A DNA stretch of 64,000 nt, from assembly GCA_029863605.1 (NCBI GenBank), contig JAOTVB010000003.1, forward strand, positions 20,333 through 84,332, read 5' to 3'. The notes beneath the pieces were generated by a model. The model did no database searches, was not told the DNA's origin, and worked only from the letters and a program-made list of their open reading frames with translations. Positions 59,935-64,000 of the stretch are shown one piece after another. A program made the translations under genes and the position numbers. The stretch's first letter is position 1. The number at the start of each line of letters is the position of its first letter. Source of the DNA: Myxococcales bacterium. Lineage in GTDB: Bacteria > Myxococcota_A > Polyangia > Polyangiales > Houyiibacteriaceae.

Positions 59935-61442
59935 GCCGAATCGAACGCAAAATCCTGTTCGCGATTGGGCTCACAGTCTTCTTGACGCTCGGGGGCAGCA
60001 TTTTCTTTGCCCAGGGCGCCCTTCGAGAGGTGTACCGAGTTGGGGTGAACGAGCGGTTTGGGCAAGAGCTCGTCCACGGCGTGGAGGCTCGCCGCGGTCA
60101 GCTGGTCGCCCTCCGGGAAAGCTCTGAACAGGTCGCCGACGCGATCGGATGGGCCGTCGAGGCGGAGGTGAGCGAAAAGGACAGCCGGCGCGCGCTGGAA
60201 GCGCTTCTCGTCGAGCTGCTTGATCGCTACCCAGACGTGAAGAGCGTGCGCGTCGTCGAGGGAGATCGCCTCTACGCCGCTGCGAGCCGCGAGCCAGAAC
60301 CCAACGGTGACGCGTTGCGTGCAACGATCCGGAGTCGGGACGCCACTGCGCGCGGAAAGAAGCTTCGCGTAGAGGTCGAGGTCGTCGTTCCCGAGATGTA
60401 TTTCCAGCGGCTTCAGGAAGCAGGCGAGGTCGCTGACGTCTACTCGCGGCTACAGCGAGAAAGCGCTTCGGTTTCAGATGTGTACGTTTGGGTTTTCGGT
60501 GTGCTGGTGTTCCTCGTGATCGTCGTTGCGTTCTTGATCGGGGCCATCGCTTCTCGTCGCGTGACCCGTCGCGTGACGGTGCTCGCCGAAGCAACCCGTC
60601 GGGTCGGCGCCGGAGACCTCACCGTGAGCCTACCGACTGGCGCCACCGACGAAGTGACCGAGCTCACGCAGGCCTTCAACGACATGGTTCGTGATCTACG
60701 CGACTCGAGAACCAGAATCGAGTACCTCCAAAAAATTGGCGCTTGGCAGGACTTCGCTCGACGACTCGCGCATGAAATCAAGAACCCACTCACACCCATC
60801 CAGCTCGCCGCGCAGGAGATGGACGAGACGTATACCGGCGAGGACGAGGGATATCGTGAAAAGCTCGAACATGCGCGAGCGATCATCGAGGAGGAGGTCG
60901 CCACTCTGCGCAGGCTCGTCGGTGAGTTCAGCGCGTTTGCCAAGCTCCCTCGAGCCGATCTCTCGCCAGCCGACCTTTGTGAGTTGATCCAATCAATTCA
61001 AGACTCTGTCCCGGCAATTCTCGAAGATATCGGTGTGGACGGCCCGGCGCCGGTCGAGGTTCGCGTGAGCTGTGCAACGAGACCCATGCATGTGCGTATG
61101 GATCCCATGATGCTGCGGCGTGGATTCGACAACATCTTGCGCAATGCGATTCAGGCCGTTTACCGCGCCAAGCCGACCGGCGGTGGGCAGGTGCTGCTTC
61201 GTGCGTACTCGGTCGAAAATTCGGCGTTCATCGAGGTGCTAGACAATGGCCCCGGCATCGCTCGGGAGAATTGGGACCGGGTCTTCGACCCTTACTACAC
61301 CACGAAGGTCGAGGGCACCGGCCTCGGCCTGGCCATCGTGAAAAAGGTCGTACTCGAGCACGGCGGTGAGGTCAGCCTCGATGATGCGCCCGAGGGAGGC
61401 GCGCGCTTTAGGATCAGGCTCCCCCTCATCGGCTCTTCATGA
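59931..61442 (+). CDS. NtrY-like sensor histidine kinase (2 TM, HAMP, HisKA, HATPase)
   Basis: ATG at 59931. H-box ..LAHEIKNPLTPIQL.., N-box ..LRNAIQA.., G-boxes ..DNGPGI.., ..GTGLGLAIV... Confidence 0.9.
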   Translation: MSRIERKILFAIGLTVFLTLGGSIFFAQGALREVYRVGVNERFGQELVHGVEARRGQLVALRESSEQVADAIGWAVEAEVSEKDSRRALEALLVELLDRYPDVKSVRVVEGDRLYAAASREPEPNGDALRATIRSRDATARGKKLRVEVEVVVPEMYFQRLQEAGEVADVYSRLQRESASVSDVYVWVFGVLVFLVIVVAFLIGAIASRRVTRRVTVLAEATRRVGAGDLTVSLPTGATDEVTELTQAFNDMVRDLRDSRTRIEYLQKIGAWQDFARRLAHEIKNPLTPIQLAAQEMDETYTGEDEGYREKLEHARAIIEEEVATLRRLVGEFSAFAKLPRADLSPADLCELIQSIQDSVPAILEDIGVDGPAPVEVRVSCATRPMHVRMDPMMLRRGFDNILRNAIQAVYRAKPTGGGQVLLRAYSVENSAFIEVLDNGPGIARENWDRVFDPYYTTKVEGTGLGLAIVKKVVLEHGGEVSLDDAPEGGARFRIRLPLIGSS

Positions 61443-61984
61443 CCGGCGCCCAAAGACCAGGTTGGCGGAAGTGGCTCCAATGGCTTGCCGGCGTGTCTGT
61501 GTTCTTCGTCGTCTACAGCTTCGCCACGCGTGCGCGCCAGCTTCCCCTGGTTGGAGAAGCCGCGCCCGACGTGACGCTTCCGGTTGCCGCCGGTGGCCCA
61601 GGCGATGGTCCGCTCGAGGTTAGGTTGTCGGCCCTCGAGGGCCGGGTCGTGGTTCTCGATTTTTGGGCCAGTTGGTGCAACGCGTGTCGTCGTACGTCGC
61701 CGATCCTGAATGACCTCCAGGAGGAGTTCGAAGCGGAGGACGTATCGTTCTACGCGATCAACGTCGAACCGATCGACAGACAGCGGGTACAAGCGGCTCA
61801 TCTCTCGTTTGGGAACGACTTTCCGACACTTCACGACCGTGCCGGGACAGCCCAGAAGAGATATGCGGTCCGCACGCTCCCGACGGTCGTCGTGGTTGGC
61901 CGAGACGGCATCGTGAAGTGGGCCCGCAGCGGGGTCCCGGGCCGATCCGACCTCCGGAACGCGATTTCCGGCGCCCTAAACTAG
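61439..61984 (+). CDS. TlpA-like thiol:disulfide oxidoreductase, membrane-anchored
   Basis: N-terminal TM helix, ..DFWASWCNACRR.. CxxC redoxin motif. Overlaps the kinase stop by 4 nt. Confidence 0.85.
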   Translation: MTGAQRPGWRKWLQWLAGVSVFFVVYSFATRARQLPLVGEAAPDVTLPVAAGGPGDGPLEVRLSALEGRVVVLDFWASWCNACRRTSPILNDLQEEFEAEDVSFYAINVEPIDRQRVQAAHLSFGNDFPTLHDRAGTAQKRYAVRTLPTVVVVGRDGIVKWARSGVPGRSDLRNAISGALN

Positions 61985-62052
61985 CCGGAATTGCGCACGG
62001 TTGACGTCTCTAGACCACGCTGGTAGTTTCGCCGGCCGCGCGAGGCCGATGA

Positions 62053-62838
62053 ATGCGGCCTGCCCCGGGTGGAGAAAAATCCTTGGTCCAAACGCTTCAG
62101 GGTCCGAGTTTGGAAGAGCGGGTCAGCCAGCTTCAGGGGCTGATGGACTCGGCAAGCGAGGCGGTGCGCCAAGAGTACCAGGACCGCTTCGATATTGCGT
62201 GGATCTATCACGATAGCGCGCTCGAGGGCGTCGTCTACTCGATGGATGAGCTCAGGTCGGCCATCTACGACGAGGCGGTCATCGATGCATCCCTAATCCC
62301 CGTGTACGACGAGATTCGAAACCATATGGGAGCGATCGAGATGATCCGCGATATGGCTAACCGTCGACGGTTCACCATCAACCTCGACGTGATCAAGAAG
62401 TTGTTCGCGCAGCTCGCCCCCGAGGAGCTCGAAGGAAAAGGGCCGCCCAAGTACCGAAAGGACATGCCGCTTCACCGGCTGTACTTCCACGAGATCGCCC
62501 AACCCGACAAGATCAGCTATCGGATGCGCCAGCTCGTGCAGTGGCTCTCGGATCCGGAAACCAAGAAGACGATGCATCCGGTGCGCACGGCAAGCAAGGT
62601 GCATCATCAGTTGCTGCAGATCTATCCGTTTCCGCGACACAGCGGCAAGGTGGCGCGCTTGGTGATGAACCTCATTCTGATGCGTGCAGGCTTCCCGCCG
62701 GTCGTAATTCACGCAACGGAGAGGCAACGCTACTACGAAGCGCTTCGAAGTGGCGAAGATGCAACCTCCGCGCTCATCAATCAGGCGCTCGGTGCGGCGA
62801 TCGAGACCGCGATTCAATACTTCGAAGAGCACCAATAG
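62053..62838 (+). CDS. Fic-fold protein with degenerate active-site motif
   Basis: ..IYPFPRHSGKVARLVMNLIL.. aligns with HPFx[DE]GNGRxxR, but His is Tyr and D-G-N is R-H-S. Confidence 0.7.
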   Translation: MRPAPGGEKSLVQTLQGPSLEERVSQLQGLMDSASEAVRQEYQDRFDIAWIYHDSALEGVVYSMDELRSAIYDEAVIDASLIPVYDEIRNHMGAIEMIRDMANRRRFTINLDVIKKLFAQLAPEELEGKGPPKYRKDMPLHRLYFHEIAQPDKISYRMRQLVQWLSDPETKKTMHPVRTASKVHHQLLQIYPFPRHSGKVARLVMNLILMRAGFPPVVIHATERQRYYEALRSGEDATSALINQALGAAIETAIQYFEEHQ

Positions 62839-62858
62839 TAAAAGGGGACGGTCCTCTT
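62839..62858. terminator. Inverted repeat AAAAGGGGACGGTCCTCTT filling the gap between convergent stops
   Basis: Read directly. Near-identical to the hairpin at 35631-35648. Confidence 0.4.
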
Positions 62859-63440
62859 CTAGCTCTTCACCAAGAACCGCGGAAGCGCGGAGATGACGGC
62901 GAGCTGGGCGGCGCCGTGGTCGAGCACTCGAGCCCCGTTTTCTGGGGTGATGCCACCGATCGCCACCACCGGGCGGGGCACGGAGCGACACACTTCCTCG
63001 AGCTTCTTCAGGCCAACCACTGGGTCTGGGTTCTCTTTTGTGGAGGTCTCGAAAACGGGCCCAAAGGCGATCCGGTCGGCGCCCTCCCGTTCGGCCTCGA
63101 GCGCCTGCCGGAGGTTGTGAGTCGATACTCCAATGTCGATTGCGCCTACGATCTCGCGTGCCTCTGCGATTCGCATGTCATCTTGACCGAGGTGTAGTCC
63201 GTCGGCTCCGACCAACGCTGCGATGTCGGGCCGGTCGTTCACCACGAAAGGCACGTTTGCCTGCTTGCAGGCGGCGTTGAGCTGCTCTGCCAGGGCGAGC
63301 AAGCGCTGGTCGTCGAGCGTCTTGGCTCTCAGCTGCAACGCTGCGCAGCCAACGCTCAGAGCTCGTCTGGCCAGCTCCTCGGGATCGCTCGAAACCTCGG
63401 TATCGACGATCGCGTAAAGCCGATCACTCCACGGGTTCAT
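62859..63440 (-). CDS. thiE: Thiamine-phosphate synthase
   Basis: 193 aa. ..LQLRAK.., ..DGLHLGQDD.., ..VAIGGI... Confidence 0.9.
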   Translation of the reverse strand: MNPWSDRLYAIVDTEVSSDPEELARRALSVGCAALQLRAKTLDDQRLLALAEQLNAACKQANVPFVVNDRPDIAALVGADGLHLGQDDMRIAEAREIVGAIDIGVSTHNLRQALEAEREGADRIAFGPVFETSTKENPDPVVGLKKLEEVCRSVPRPVVAIGGITPENGARVLDHGAAQLAVISALPRFLVKS

Positions 63441-64000
63441 TGCTGCTCAGCACGCCGTATAAGTCCGGACGGCGATCACGAAAGAAGTCCCAGTTCGCAC
63501 GATACTCGCGGAGCGCGTCGCGGTCGAAGGTCGCCACGGCAATTCCCTCCTCGTGACGGTCGAGCTCTGCGATCACCTCGCCCCTGTGATCGCAGATGAA
63601 TGAGCTCCCGTAAAAGGTGAGCCCAGCCTCGGTACCGATCCGGTTTGCGGCCGCCAAAGGCATCGCGTTGGCCACTGCATGGCCGAGCATCACGCGGCGC
63701 CATGGGTCTTTACTGTCTTCGTCGGGGGTTGTGGGCTCGGTACCGATCGCGGTTGGATAAAGAAGGACCTCGGCGCCCAGCAGCGCCATCGCGCGCGCCG
63801 TTTCGGGGAACCACTGGTCCCAGCAGACGCCGATCCCGAGTCGGCCATGCCTCGTGTCCCAGACCCGAAAACCCGTATTTCCTGGACGAAAGTAGAATTT
63901 CTCTTCGTAGCCCGGGCCGTGGGGAATGTGGCTCTTTCGGTAGACCCCAAGCTCGGCTCCATCGGCGTCGACAACCGCCAGGCTATTGTAGTAACCGTCG
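63424..64000 (-). CDS. aguB: Carbon-nitrogen hydrolase, N-carbamoylputrescine amidase-like (5' end outside window)
   Basis: My own translation past the track start keeps the frame open to the window edge (..DGYYNSLAVVDADG..YRKSHIP..GICWDQWFPE..ALLGAEVLLYPTAIG..). Confidence 0.8.
   Translation of the reverse strand, partial: DGYYNSLAVVDADGAELGVYRKSHIPHGPGYEEKFYFRPGNTGFRVWDTRHGRLGIGVCWDQWFPETARAMALLGAEVLLYPTAIGTEPTTPDEDSKDPWRRVMLGHAVANAMPLAAANRIGTEAGLTFYGSSFICDHRGEVIAELDRHEEGIAVATFDRDALREYRANWDFFRDRRPDLYGVLSSNEPVE

Overview
High-GC bacterial chromosome segment covering the replication-origin neighbourhood (dnaA-dnaN-recF at about 22.5-26.5 kb). All calls come from reading the ORF translations and the DNA by eye; no search was run. 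Gene content (DUF4388, DUF2723, many lipoproteins, origin-like DNA between dnaA and dnaN) suggests a Myxococcota-like lineage, but that is inference only. Most of the window is core housekeeping: rimO (partial), aspS, dapE-like, mobA, clpB, rpsU, a PPi-type pfk, an RND efflux pair, dnaJ, uvrB, serC, tRNA-Ala(CGC), bioFD, uppS-cdsA, gdhA, thiE and aguB (partial). I saw no transposase, integrase, phage gene or CRISPR array. Four loci deserve a second look.

1. **Envelope operon, 29368-32743 (-).** It encodes a 663-aa secreted protein, a DUF4266-like lipoprotein ending in GGGCGCN, and a DUF3570-like beta-barrel. Together they carry three D-x-[IV]-T-x-A-[ST] motifs that resemble the ApbE flavinylation site with its Gly replaced. 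No apbE lies in the window. This is my best candidate for an undescribed extracytosolic redox system.
2. **Hydrogenase and maturation unit, 43452-55261 (-).** Thirteen tightly overlapping genes encode a [NiFe] uptake hydrogenase and its maturation proteins. The small subunit reads C-A-G-N where the proximal-cluster C-x-x-C is expected. A stand-alone crotonase-fold gene sits between hypE and hypA (HypX-like idea). A c-type cytochrome lipoprotein sits between the protease and hypF. An HX4DH permease closes the unit.
3. **Tandem 14-bp palindromes, 39645-39672.** Two back-to-back GTTNCACGTGCAAC units lie upstream of bioF and about 15 kb from dnaN. They are parS-like or an operator.
4. **Envelope operon, 56833-61984 (+).** Five translationally coupled genes: DUF4388 protein, BamA-like protein, unknown protein, orphan NtrY-like kinase, TlpA-like protein.

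Many long ORFs in the track run antisense to real genes. They are high-GC artefacts and were rejected.
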